Below, one piece after another: positions 10,010 through 19,517 of a stretch of 64,000 nt of DNA. This DNA is from an uncultured Nitrospiraceae bacterium. Lineage in GTDB: Bacteria; Nitrospirota; Nitrospiria; Nitrospirales; Nitrospiraceae. Both the position numbers and the translations under genes were made by a program. Position 1 is the first letter of the stretch. Each line of letters begins with the position of its first letter. The notes under the pieces are model-generated. The model was not told the DNA's origin and made no database searches. It worked only from the letters and a program-made list of their open reading frames with translations. The DNA lies in the NCBI GenBank assembly GCA_963706325.1, contig CAVPLT010000001.1, positions 608,001 through 672,000 of the forward strand. Reading direction: 5' to 3'.

Positions 10010-12013
10010 TCAGCGTGACCCGTATCCGCTGGAACCGGATCCGGTCCAAATGAGAAAAACGATATGCACGAGAATAAATAGTCCCGCCACGATAATGGCC
10101 GCATATTGATGCACCATCCCCGTTTGGAGACGGCGCCATGAGCGAGCCAGTTGGTGATTTGCATAGCCGATAATATTCAAGAAGGCATAAACAATGTGTT
10201 TTTCGGTCCAAGTGATGGCGGCTGAGCTGGCGTCGGTTCCATGGTCAACTGACCGAATAAGGCCATCAATGATGGTGCGATCGAACCAATCGCACAATTG
10301 GCCAAGCCGCTTCGTAGGTTCTACGAACAGCGTGTCGTAAAGTTCGTCCACATAGTATTTGTTGAGCAGCGTCGTATACAGACCGGGCATTCGGCTAGCC
10401 AGCGCCTCTGCCGCAGTGGAGTGGCCGCAATAAAAATAATGGGCGAGCCCCCACCCAAGCAGTGCGATAACGGTGGCGGTGCCCATTAGGCCGAATATCA
10501 CGACAGGTGCGGTGGCATGCTCTTCACCGGCCACGCCTGCAACCGAATGGAGGAAATGATGAAACCAGCCGTTTTCGGGTGGGATGCCGGGAATGCCCCC
10601 GATGACGGACAGTGTGGCTAAGACCACCAAGGGACCGATCATGACCATGGGGGATTCGTGGATATGTGCAGCGGTGTGATGGTCCATCCGCGAGGTTCCA
10701 TAAAATGTAAGGTACGTCAGACGGAACATGTAAAACGAGGTCAGGAACGCGCCCGTCGCAGCCATGCCATAGAGTAGATAATGCTGGTGAACGAACGCAT
10801 GGCCCATGATTTCATCCTTACTCCAGAATCCCGCCAATGGAGGAATCCCTGCGATCGCAATCGTACCGATCAGAAAGAGCATGTGTGTCCAGGGAATCCT
10901 CGACTTCAAGGCGCCCATCTTGCGGATATCCTGCTCGCCGGATAGCGCATGGATGACTGAGCCGGCGGACAGAAACAGGAGGGCCTTGAAAAAGGCGTGG
11001 GTCATGAGATGGAACACTGCGGCTGTATAGGCGCCGAGCCCGCACCCCAGGAACATATAGCCGAGTTGGCTAACTGTGGAATAGGCCAAGACACGCTTGA
11101 TGTCGGTTTGGACCAGCCCGATCGTCGCCGCGAAGAGCGCCGTGAGACCTCCGATCCAGGCTACGGTCGTCATGGCAACAGGTGACAGATCGAAGATGGC
11201 ATGATTGCGGACAATCATATAGACGCCGGCCGTGACCATGGTGGCAGCATGAATCAGAGCGCTGACCGGGGTCGGGCCTTCCATGGCATCGGGCAGCCAG
11301 GTATAGAGAGGGAGTTGGGCGGATTTTCCAACGGCGCCGACTAAGAGGCAGAGCGCGATCGCTGTGGCCATTTCAGGGGATAGCTGGGCGGCATTCTGCA
11401 TGACTTGGGTATAGTCGAGGGTCCGAAAGTTTACGAACACCAGGAAAATCGCCAAGAGAAACCCTGCGTCGCCGATTCGATTGACCACGAAAGCCTTGGT
11501 GGCCGCTTTGGCGGCGGAAACCTTGTCGTAGTAGTACCCGATGAGCAGATAGGAGCAGAGGCCGACGCCTTCCCATCCGATAAAGAGGACCACGTAGTTA
11601 TTGCCCATCACGAGCAACAACATCGAGACCATAAAGAGGTTCATATATACGAAGAATCGCGTGAAGCCGGTTTCCCCATGCATGTACCCGACGGAGTACA
11701 CATGAATCAGGAACCCGACCCCCGTGATGACCAGCAGCATGATGCAGGTCAGAGGATCGATCAAATAGGCAAGATTGATCGTGAGGTCGCCGCCGAAGAT
11801 CCATTTATAGGCGATCACTTCGCGGGCGGCGCCCGTTCTGAGCGTCTCCGTGAAGACCGCCAGCACGCAGAGGAAGGAAAGCAGGACCGATCCCCATGCG
11901 AACCGGTGTGCCAGGTCGTGCGAATAACGGTGTCCGAAGAGGCCGTTCACGAGGACGGCCATCAGCGGAAACAGAGGAATCAATTTGACGATCAGATCGA
12001 TGGAGTCGGACAC
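10010..12013 (-). CDS. nuoL: NADH-quinone oxidoreductase subunit L
   Basis: WEGVGLCSY, GKSAQLPLYTWLPDAMEGPTPVSALIHAATMV and FWSKD motifs. GTG start. Confidence 0.97.
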   Translation of the reverse strand: MSDSIDLIVKLIPLFPLMAVLVNGLFGHRYSHDLAHRFAWGSVLLSFLCVLAVFTETLRTGAAREVIAYKWIFGGDLTINLAYLIDPLTCIMLLVITGVGFLIHVYSVGYMHGETGFTRFFVYMNLFMVSMLLLVMGNNYVVLFIGWEGVGLCSYLLIGYYYDKVSAAKAATKAFVVNRIGDAGFLLAIFLVFVNFRTLDYTQVMQNAAQLSPEMATAIALCLLVGAVGKSAQLPLYTWLPDAMEGPTPVSALIHAATMVTAGVYMIVRNHAIFDLSPVAMTTVAWIGGLTALFAATIGLVQTDIKRVLAYSTVSQLGYMFLGCGLGAYTAAVFHLMTHAFFKALLFLSAGSVIHALSGEQDIRKMGALKSRIPWTHMLFLIGTIAIAGIPPLAGFWSKDEIMGHAFVHQHYLLYGMAATGAFLTSFYMFRLTYLTFYGTSRMDHHTAAHIHESPMVMIGPLVVLATLSVIGGIPGIPPENGWFHHFLHSVAGVAGEEHATAPVVIFGLMGTATVIALLGWGLAHYFYCGHSTAAEALASRMPGLYTTLLNKYYVDELYDTLFVEPTKRLGQLCDWFDRTIIDGLIRSVDHGTDASSAAITWTEKHIVYAFLNIIGYANHQLARSWRRLQTGMVHQYAAIIVAGLFILVHIVFLIWTGSGSSGYGSR

Positions 12014-12014
12014 G

Positions 12015-12317
12015 TTACCACTTCAAAAGATTCATTTCATCGACGTTGGTAGAAATCTTGCCGCGGAAGACGACAATAATGATGGCCAATCCAATAGCTG
12101 CTTCGCCGGCTGCGATCGCGATGATGAAGAGTGCGACGATCTGCCCCTGCATGGAGTCGAGGTAATGGGAAAAGGCGACCAGGTTGATGGTGGACGCGTT
12201 CAGCATAATTTCGACAGACATCAGTACAATAATGAAATTGCGACGGATCAGTACACCGAGCAACCCCGTCGCAAATAGCACCGCACTCACAACCACATAG
12301 GCGGACAAAGGTATCAT
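12015..12317 (-). CDS. nuoK: NADH-quinone oxidoreductase subunit K
   Basis: RRNFIIVLMSVEIMLN and AAGEAAIGLA motifs, 100 aa. Confidence 0.96.
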   Translation of the reverse strand: MIPLSAYVVVSAVLFATGLLGVLIRRNFIIVLMSVEIMLNASTINLVAFSHYLDSMQGQIVALFIIAIAAGEAAIGLAIIIVVFRGKISTNVDEMNLLKW

Positions 12318-12838
12318 GCGTCGCGCCTCGTCTCGATCGATTTGGGCGTTTTGGCGAGAACGATGGCGCCGACGATGGCGCCCGTTAGGAAGACACCGAT
12401 AATTTCAAATTGCAGCAAGTACTCGCTGAACATTTTGATGCCGATGGCATGGGCATCACCGTTCAAGAGAATGGCCGCCGGGGTCGCATCGCCTTTTGCA
12501 CCTGCGAATGGTGATCGCACCAACAAGAACAAGAGATAGATCAGTCCAATGGCTGCGGGAGCCAATAGATAAGGGGTCTTGGCATGGAAGTAACGATCAT
12601 CGGTCTTGAGATTCAACAGCATGAGGACAAACAGATACAGCACTAGGATAGCGCCTGCATAGACGATCACCTGGACAGCCCACAAGAACTCGGCGTTCAG
12701 CATAATGAACAGACCCGAGACGTGGAGGAGTAGGGCAAGGAGCGCCAGGCCGCATTGCACCGGGTGCTTCAGCGACACCGTGAGAATACCGGCGACAATA
12801 CTTACCACTGCGAAATACGCGAAAAATACGAAGGCCAT
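12314..12838 (-). CDS. nuoJ: NADH-quinone oxidoreductase subunit J
   Basis: LNAEFLWAVQVIVYAGAILVLYLFV motif. Confidence 0.95.
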   Translation of the reverse strand: MAFVFFAYFAVVSIVAGILTVSLKHPVQCGLALLALLLHVSGLFIMLNAEFLWAVQVIVYAGAILVLYLFVLMLLNLKTDDRYFHAKTPYLLAPAAIGLIYLLFLLVRSPFAGAKGDATPAAILLNGDAHAIGIKMFSEYLLQFEIIGVFLTGAIVGAIVLAKTPKSIETRRDA

Positions 12839-12849
12839 AACGGTACGAT

Positions 12850-13437
12850 TCAACTCAAATGTTTGGGTTGTGACTGTGTGGGTTTGAGAACCGACTGCGG
12901 AAAGTAATAACGATACTCCCGGCTCTCCTCCGAGTTTTTTTCTTGGTTATGGGCATACAGATATTTCTTGGCATCTTCAAGATGGCGTTCGCCTATCTCA
13001 TAGAGCCGCTTCTTGTCGAACAGCAAGGTGCGCTTGTCATGCGTGGAGTATTCATACATCTTGGTCATCGCCAGCGCGTTGACGGGGCATGCCTCCACGC
13101 AGTAGCCGCAAAAGACGCATTTGGTGATGTCGATATAGAACTCGGTGGCGTAGCGCTGCAGCGGACGACTGGGGTCTTCCTGGCTGATCACTTTAATGCA
13201 ACGGGAGGGGCAAGCTGCTTCGCAGAGGTCACAACCCACGCATCGCTCATGTCCATCGTCGTAACGAAGCAGTCCTAACGCGCCGCGATGACCATCCGGA
13301 ATCGTCCGCTGCTCACGCGGATACTGAAAGGTGATCGGGCGATGGAACATGTGCTTGAAGGTGACCTTCATGGCGTCCCAGATTTCGTAGAACAACGCCG
13401 CTTCAAGAAGTTTTTTGGTCCGTGCCACGACACTCAT
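12850..13437 (-). CDS. nuoI: NADH-quinone oxidoreductase subunit I
   Basis: TFQYP, CVGCDLCEAACP and CVFCGYCVEACP motifs. Confidence 0.96.
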   Translation of the reverse strand: MSVVARTKKLLEAALFYEIWDAMKVTFKHMFHRPITFQYPREQRTIPDGHRGALGLLRYDDGHERCVGCDLCEAACPSRCIKVISQEDPSRPLQRYATEFYIDITKCVFCGYCVEACPVNALAMTKMYEYSTHDKRTLLFDKKRLYEIGERHLEDAKKYLYAHNQEKNSEESREYRYYFPQSVLKPTQSQPKHLS

Positions 13438-13482
13438 TCACACCACCCTCTGACGATATCAAAAAGACGGACGAGCTTACTC

Positions 13483-16191
13483 TTACGCACCGACCTTTTC
13501 AATCTTCACGCGCGTCGACTTGAAGTATGGCACTCCCGTCACGCTGTCGGCCTCCACAGCCATCAAATCTTTTACCGGCGGCTCATTGAAGTGCTCCGGA
13601 TAGAAACACGATCCGGGCAAGACATTGGGATCTGCCTTCACGCCTAGCTCGGCCGCGCCCTGTTGTGAGCTCAGGCGAATAGTAGATTGTTCGTTGAGGC
13701 CGAGTTGTTGTAGATCGGCGGGGTTCATCCTCAGTCGACCAGTGTTTGGCTCAATATTAATGAGACCGGAGGCTCGCGTGGACATTTTCCCGGAGTGATA
13801 AAGCACTTGCCCTGTCACGAGCGTGAATGGCCGAGTGGTGTCAATCGAGGACTGCCCCGACACCTGACTGCGATATCGGCTTTCGACTTCGGACGCATAG
13901 CCGTTCGACAAATACGCGTCGGCCGAGGGCGCATTCCGACGGGGCTGGCCGAGATTGTAGTAGCCAGGGAGCAGCTTCATGATTTCATTTTGCACGTCTT
14001 GCGCAGACTCATAGGGCCATTCATACCCAAGGCCGTTGGCCAACGAAGTCATAATGTGCCAGTCCGGCAGGCTTTCCCCCACCTGGTCGAGCGCTTGGCG
14101 AACGCGCAGGACCTTCCCCTCGAGATTGGTGAAGGTCCCATCTTTCTCGGCATAGGTTGCGGCAGGAAGAACGATATGCGCCAGTTGACCGGTTTCGGTG
14201 AGAAAGGGATCTTGTACGATCAGGAGTTCCAACTTTTCAAGCGTCCGCTTCACATCCAGGGAGGCGGGTAACGTCGCCAAGGGGTTTTCCCCGATGACGT
14301 AGAGTGCCTTGATCTGACCGCTCCGAATGCGGGAAAAAATTTCCAAAAGATTCGCGCCGCTGTCCTCGGCCGGCAGGGTGACGTCCCAGGCCTTGCCGAA
14401 TCGTTCCCTGGCACTGGGGTCATCATAACGAGCCTGTCCCGGGAGGAACTCCGGCGCGACCCCCATGTCGACGGCGCCCTGTTCATTGATTTCTTCGGTG
14501 ACCGTGGTCACCCCGCATCCTGGCTGACCCAGTTTTCCGGTCACCCAGGCGAGGTCGATAAGTTTCAGAACATTTTGGTACCCGTTGAGTCGGCGCACGA
14601 TGCCTTCCGCGCACAGCGCAATGGCGCGCGGGGCTTCTGCGAAAATGGCCGCGGCTTCCCGAATCTGCTCCGCCGGAATACCGGTGTGCGCTGCCACTTG
14701 GTCCAGCGACACCTGTTCCATCGCCCGCTTCAATGCCGCGAATGCCTGCGGATGCCGGGTTGTGCTTGGTTCATCGATCAAATCATGTTCGATGACTGAT
14801 TTGACCAGCCCATCAATGAGAAGCCCTTCCGTACCCGGTTTTATTAAGAGAGGATGTGAGGCGAGTTGCGCGATATTAGTATTGGCCGAATCTACGACGA
14901 TGACCTGTGCGCTATAGACCCGGATCGCTTCCTTGATGCGGACGGAGGTCAGCGGATTCGTTTCCGTAATATTCGAGCCGATCACGAGCACGGCTTTGGC
15001 TTTGGTCAAGTCTTCCCAGTCATTGAGAGGCCGTCCGATGCCGACGGCATGGCGCACGGCGTGCACGTAATTGAGATGACCATAGCGGGCGCTGCTGTCG
15101 AGTTGGTTGGTCCGGAACCCGGCGCGCATGAGTTTTTGGAACAGATAGAGTTCCTCATTGGTGCAGCGAGCTGTAATGAGCCCGGCGATCGATTCCGGTC
15201 CGTGCTTGCGGTGGATGTCCGACAGCCGATCGATCATGCTCTGCATGGTGTCGAGCCACGGAGTTTCGGTCAGCACGTCGCCCCGGCGCATGAGCGGTTG
15301 CCGCAAGCGTTGGTCACTGTCGATGTATTGAAACCCGAATCGCCCCCGGACGCAGATCCCGCCGTGGCCTTTGCTGGTTTCAGCCCGGTCGCCCCATTTA
15401 TTCTTCCACGAGAGCGGCGAAGTGACTCGAACAACTTCGGTATCTTTGGTCTCAAGATGGATTTGGCAACCATCGCCACAATAGTTACAGGTGGTGGTTG
15501 TTTTCTTCATCTGCCACGGCTTGTAGAGGTATTTGGAGTATTTGTTCGTGATGGCGCCCACGGGGCACACGGCCAGGCAGTCGCCGCAGAACTCGCAAGC
15601 CAGAGGCTGGTCGCCCTTGGGTACGACCTGGTTGAAGCCGCCCTTTTTCATGAACTGCAGAGCGTCGATCATTAAGACGTCTTTGCAGACGTTGATGCAT
15701 TCGGCGCAGGCGATGCAACGATTCATGTTGAAGTCGAGCACCAGGCTGCGCGTGTCTTCGGGAATGAACTTTTGTTTCGCATTGGCGAGGTTCGTCACGC
15801 CATGCTGAAAAGCCATGTCCTGCAGCTCGCAATGCCCGTCTGCATCGCAAACGGGACAATCCAAAGGATGAACGGAGAGGTGTTTTTCAACCGCTTTTTT
15901 CCGCGCCGCAAAGAGATCATCTCCGTCGGTTCGGATCACCATGCCGGCGGTTGCCTTGGCAGTACAGGAGCGGACCGGGGCCTTTTTCCCTTCCTGAATG
16001 ACGAGGCACATGCCGCAGGATCCAAACGGATCGAACGTATAGTGGTAGCACATGGCGGGAATGATCTTGCCGGTGCTGGCGATCACATCGTAGAGCGAGA
16101 CGCCGTCCTTTGCCTCAACTGTCCGTCCATCGATGGACAGTTCAATCGTGGCGACTGCGACGTCTGGATTGGTCGCTGGTTTCAAACCCAT
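13483..16191 (-). CDS. nuoG: NuoG-like / formate-dehydrogenase-alpha-like Fe-S subunit
   Basis: N-terminal 2Fe-2S cysteines, HPLDCPVC...C, CIACAECINVC, CEFCGDCLAVCP, CNYCGDGC...C, and a molybdopterin-oxidoreductase fold (EKDGTFTN). Located inside the nuo cluster. Confidence 0.88.
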   Translation of the reverse strand: MGLKPATNPDVAVATIELSIDGRTVEAKDGVSLYDVIASTGKIIPAMCYHYTFDPFGSCGMCLVIQEGKKAPVRSCTAKATAGMVIRTDGDDLFAARKKAVEKHLSVHPLDCPVCDADGHCELQDMAFQHGVTNLANAKQKFIPEDTRSLVLDFNMNRCIACAECINVCKDVLMIDALQFMKKGGFNQVVPKGDQPLACEFCGDCLAVCPVGAITNKYSKYLYKPWQMKKTTTTCNYCGDGCQIHLETKDTEVVRVTSPLSWKNKWGDRAETSKGHGGICVRGRFGFQYIDSDQRLRQPLMRRGDVLTETPWLDTMQSMIDRLSDIHRKHGPESIAGLITARCTNEELYLFQKLMRAGFRTNQLDSSARYGHLNYVHAVRHAVGIGRPLNDWEDLTKAKAVLVIGSNITETNPLTSVRIKEAIRVYSAQVIVVDSANTNIAQLASHPLLIKPGTEGLLIDGLVKSVIEHDLIDEPSTTRHPQAFAALKRAMEQVSLDQVAAHTGIPAEQIREAAAIFAEAPRAIALCAEGIVRRLNGYQNVLKLIDLAWVTGKLGQPGCGVTTVTEEINEQGAVDMGVAPEFLPGQARYDDPSARERFGKAWDVTLPAEDSGANLLEIFSRIRSGQIKALYVIGENPLATLPASLDVKRTLEKLELLIVQDPFLTETGQLAHIVLPAATYAEKDGTFTNLEGKVLRVRQALDQVGESLPDWHIMTSLANGLGYEWPYESAQDVQNEIMKLLPGYYNLGQPRRNAPSADAYLSNGYASEVESRYRSQVSGQSSIDTTRPFTLVTGQVLYHSGKMSTRASGLINIEPNTGRLRMNPADLQQLGLNEQSTIRLSSQQGAAELGVKADPNVLPGSCFYPEHFNEPPVKDLMAVEADSVTGVPYFKSTRVKIEKVGA

Positions 16192-16263
16192 GAAATTACC
16201 TCAAGTCAAAAGTGAGCGAACAACTGCGCTCGTCCACTCGCACTTTTTCCTCTGTATCGGTCT

Positions 16264-17511
16264 TCATCGATCGCATTCCCCCATGACGATATCGTAGGTG
16301 CCGAAGATCGTCACGGCGTCGGCAATCATGTAGCCTCTCGACATATGATCGAATGCCCCCATATGGATAAATGAGGGAGCCCTGATTTTTAGTCGGTACG
16401 GCTTTCCGCCGCCCGTGCTGACGATATAGAAACCCAACTCACCTTTGTGCGCCTCAGTTCCGCAATAGATTTCTCCCGGGGGGGCGTTAAATCCTTGCGA
16501 GAACAATTTGAACTGCTGAATCATGGCTTCCAGGTTGGTGAACACCCGTGCCTTGGGAGGAAGGGTCACGCTGGGGACATCGGCCATAATCGGCCCCTCT
16601 TGGATTTGCTCCAAGCACTGGCGGATGATCTTGACGCTCTCATACAGCTCTTGTACGCGTATCCAATACCGATCGTAGGTGTCGCCGTTCTTCCCAACCG
16701 GGACACTGAACTCGCATCTTGGGTAAGCGGAGTAGGGTTCGTATTTGCGAAGGTCGTAATCGACACCTGATCCGCGGAGCGTCGGTCCGCTTAACCCAAA
16801 ACTCAAGGCATCCTCAGCGGAAATGACTGCCACGCCTTTCGTCCGCGCGAGCCAGATGCGGTTCTTCTCCAGGAAGATCACATATTCATCGATCTTGGGT
16901 GGGAAGTAATCCAGAAACTGCTTGAGTTTGGCGAACAGAGACGGCGTGAAGTCCCGCTCGACCCCGCCGATACGATACCAACTGGTCGTCAGACGCGCGC
17001 CGCAGAGTTCATCAAACCAGTCCAGCAGAATTTCCCGATCTCGAAAGCAATAAAAAAAGACGGTCATTGCACCGATATCGAGCGCTTGCGTGCCAAGCCA
17101 GAATTGGTGTCCGATTATGCGCTGGATTTCTGCGACGATGGTGCGCAGGTACTCGGCGCGGTCCGGCACCGTGATGTTCATCAATTTTTCGACGGCGCGA
17201 CAATACGCAAAGTTGTTGTACATTGCGCACACGTAGTCGAGGCGGTCGGTGTGCGGAATAAACTGATGATAGGTCCCTTCCTCTGCCAGCTTTTCCACTC
17301 CACGATGGAGAAAGCCCATCACCGGCGTCGATTTGACCAGCCGCTCACCTTCTAGTTCGAGAATGACCTTGAGTACTCCGTGCGTGCTGGGATGCTGCGG
17401 TCCCATGTTCAGCAGGAGCTCTTCAGTCCGGAGGGTCGGAAGCGTCGTGCTTTCGGGATGCTCGGGGTCGACTTTATAGACTGTTGTTCGTTGGTCTTCG
17501 AATTGTGCCAT
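16264..17511 (-). CDS. nuoD: NADH-quinone oxidoreductase subunit D
   Basis: NMGPQHPSTHGVL, HRGVEK, DRLDY and C-terminal GECDR motifs. Confidence 0.97.
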   Translation of the reverse strand: MAQFEDQRTTVYKVDPEHPESTTLPTLRTEELLLNMGPQHPSTHGVLKVILELEGERLVKSTPVMGFLHRGVEKLAEEGTYHQFIPHTDRLDYVCAMYNNFAYCRAVEKLMNITVPDRAEYLRTIVAEIQRIIGHQFWLGTQALDIGAMTVFFYCFRDREILLDWFDELCGARLTTSWYRIGGVERDFTPSLFAKLKQFLDYFPPKIDEYVIFLEKNRIWLARTKGVAVISAEDALSFGLSGPTLRGSGVDYDLRKYEPYSAYPRCEFSVPVGKNGDTYDRYWIRVQELYESVKIIRQCLEQIQEGPIMADVPSVTLPPKARVFTNLEAMIQQFKLFSQGFNAPPGEIYCGTEAHKGELGFYIVSTGGGKPYRLKIRAPSFIHMGAFDHMSRGYMIADAVTIFGTYDIVMGECDR

Positions 17512-17539
17512 GCTCGTTCAGTGGCCCGGTGAAAGTTGC

Positions 17540-18037
17540 CTAACGGGCCGGTTCGTCCAAGAACTCGAATGTATCGCGCCACCCTCTGCCGCGGAGCGGA
17601 AAATCTTTGCGCAGCGGGTATCCTTCTTCGTACTCGTCAGGCATCAAAATGCGGCGAAGGTCCGGGTGGTTGCGGAAGCGGATCCCCATCATGTCGTACA
17701 CTTCGCGCTCCATAAAATCGGCCCCCTTCCAAAGGTCGGTCAAGGATTCCACAACGGCATCCATTTCTGGAACCCGTGTTTTGAGACGAATACGCTGACG
17801 GGTTCGAATGGAATAGAATTCATAGACCACCTCGAAGCGCTCCTCGTCATCCGGCCAGTCCACCGAGCTTACGTGGACAATATAATCAAATTGTAAGGAA
17901 GGTTCGTCCCTCAAAAACTTGGCCACATCGTGCAACGCTTCTCTCTTCACAGTCACGGCAAGATCGCCTCGCCACTCCGCTGCTTTGAGGCAGGCGTGGG
18001 GAAAGGTGTCTTGAATTCTTGTGGCTAGGTGACTCAT
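17540..18037 (-). CDS. nuoC: NADH-quinone oxidoreductase subunit C
   Basis: EREVYDMMGIRF.NHPDLRRIL and YPLRKDFP motifs. Confidence 0.96.
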   Translation of the reverse strand: MSHLATRIQDTFPHACLKAAEWRGDLAVTVKREALHDVAKFLRDEPSLQFDYIVHVSSVDWPDDEERFEVVYEFYSIRTRQRIRLKTRVPEMDAVVESLTDLWKGADFMEREVYDMMGIRFRNHPDLRRILMPDEYEEGYPLRKDFPLRGRGWRDTFEFLDEPAR

Positions 18038-18054
18038 CAACTCTCTTGTGCCCG

Positions 18055-18582
18055 TCAGACCTTCAGCGCGTCTTTGACTTCTTTGGGTTGGGTGAGGAAT
18101 ACGCGTTTTTGCATGATGCGCTCTTGGAGTTTCAGAATGCCATCAAATAGGGCCTCTGGAGTCGGGGGGCACCCTGGCACGTAAATATCGACGGGCACGA
18201 ATCGATCGACTCCCTGCACCACGCTATAGCTGTCGTAAATGTTGCCTGATGTGGCGCAGGACCCCATAGCGATCACATACTTCGGTTCTGGCATCTGGTC
18301 ATAAATTTTGCGAATTACCGGAGCCATCCGACGACACACGGTTCCGGCGACGATCATCAGATCAGATTGTCGGGGGGAAGCTCGGAACACTCCAGCTCCA
18401 TATCGATCCATGTCATACCGCGACGAGACGGCGGCGATCATTTCGATGGCGCAACAAGCCAGGCCAAATGTCATGGGCCACAACGAACCCTTCCTGGCCC
18501 AGTTGACGGCCTTCTCGACCGTCAAGGTAATCACATCGGGACTGCCGTCTTTATCATGGCCTCCCAGTTGAATTAATCCCAT
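18055..18582 (-). CDS. nuoB: NADH-quinone oxidoreductase subunit B
   Basis: [17 protein letters not shown] and PGCPPTPE motifs. Start set to ATG 18582, overlapping the nuoA end. Confidence 0.96.
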   Translation of the reverse strand: MGLIQLGGHDKDGSPDVITLTVEKAVNWARKGSLWPMTFGLACCAIEMIAAVSSRYDMDRYGAGVFRASPRQSDLMIVAGTVCRRMAPVIRKIYDQMPEPKYVIAMGSCATSGNIYDSYSVVQGVDRFVPVDIYVPGCPPTPEALFDGILKLQERIMQKRVFLTQPKEVKDALKV

Positions 18583-18956
18583 TCCAGAGCTCCTTTTTGC
18601 CAAGCATAGGCATAGGCAACGAGGAAGAGTCCAATGAAGATCAGCATTTCCACGAGACCGATAAGACCGATCTTGTTGAAAACGATGGCCCATGGATAGA
18701 GAAAGATGACTTCCACATCGAAAATGACGAACAGCATGGCAAAGATGTAGTACCGAACAGGAAATGGCATCCGAGCATCAGAAAACGGTTCAGATCCGCA
18801 CTCATAGGTGGACAATTTTTCCGGCTCGGGATACTTCGGTTGAACGAAATAGCTGATCAATAGGGTGCCCGCGCCAAACACAAACGCGATGAACACGAAC
18901 AGCAAAATTGGAAAATATCGGCTCAGGTACTCTAGGAGGAGCTCGGAACCGGTCAT
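18573..18956 (-). CDS. nuoA: NADH-quinone oxidoreductase subunit A
   Basis: [19 protein letters not shown] and KGALEW motifs. Confidence 0.96.
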   Translation of the reverse strand: MTGSELLLEYLSRYFPILLFVFIAFVFGAGTLLISYFVQPKYPEPEKLSTYECGSEPFSDARMPFPVRYYIFAMLFVIFDVEVIFLYPWAIVFNKIGLIGLVEMLIFIGLFLVAYAYAWQKGALEWD

Positions 18957-18999
18957 GGGTTCGAACCTCAATGGGTTTGAGGGCTATAAAGAGGTCGGA

Positions 19000-19029
19000 A
19001 TCTTAGCCCTGGCCTATTTTTAATAGCAA
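19000..19029 (-). promoter_or_regulatory. Candidate sigma70 promoter of the nuo cluster
   Basis: Minus strand TTGCTA-N18-TAAGAT, about 45 nt upstream of the nuoA start. Confidence 0.4.
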
Positions 19030-19043
19030 GCGCACAAAGGACC

Positions 19044-19063
19044 TAGGGGTCTTTAGTCCCGAA
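19044..19063. promoter_or_regulatory. Palindromic DosR/DevR-like box
   Basis: TAGGGGTCTTTAGTCCCGAA matches TTSGGGACTWWAGTCCCSAA at 18 of 20 positions. Confidence 0.4.
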
Positions 19064-19114
19064 AGTCCTAGAAAGTGAATACTGTCCAGCAGTTAGAAGC
19101 GAGGCCGATTATGG

Positions 19115-19336
19115 TCATGCGCGAGTGCGAAGTGCCGTGTTTTTGGGTGTCAGAGCTGATGTTTCTGCGGGCGATCGGTTATTCGCGGACCGTGGCATCA
19201 TCTTGTTGGACGGAGTTCTCAGATCGCTTGGTGGGGATCCGGCACTGATATCCCATTCAGATGCCATGGGCGTTTCGGTCAGAACCTTGGTTCTGCGAGG
19301 CATTTGGGTGTTGATTCGACGTTTATCCGTTCCCAT
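19115..19336 (-). CDS. Small hypothetical protein (73 aa, probably disordered)
   Basis: GAGGTG RBS 4 nt before the ATG. Fills an intergenic gap. No recognisable motif. Confidence 0.35.
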   Translation of the reverse strand: MGTDKRRINTQMPRRTKVLTETPMASEWDISAGSPPSDLRTPSNKMMPRSANNRSPAETSALTPKNTALRTRA

Positions 19337-19456
19337 ATTGCACCTCACGTAGCGCCACGTCACGATGGTTATTCTACCGAGCTTCACATCAGTAATAGAA
19401 GCCACGATAGCATCTGCTGCGCACAGCAATCAAACGGTCCAGCGCTGGACCGTTTC

Positions 19457-19484
19457 TTGACAACCCCCTGCTGTTTGCTAAGGT
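19457..19484 (+). promoter_or_regulatory. Candidate sigma70 promoter
   Basis: TTGACA-N16-TAAGGT with an extended -10 TG, upstream of 19518. Confidence 0.5.
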
Positions 19485-19517
19485 TGCTACAGGCAAACCC
19501 TCCGAGGTGAGACCAAC

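Noticed and set aside
13483..16191. Active or selenocysteine formate dehydrogenase
   Set aside because: There is no in-frame TGA, and Gly occupies the expected Mo-ligand position.
5270..18956. Many antisense ORFs over the nuo genes
   Set aside because: They are typical shadow frames in GC-rich coding DNA, with no motifs.
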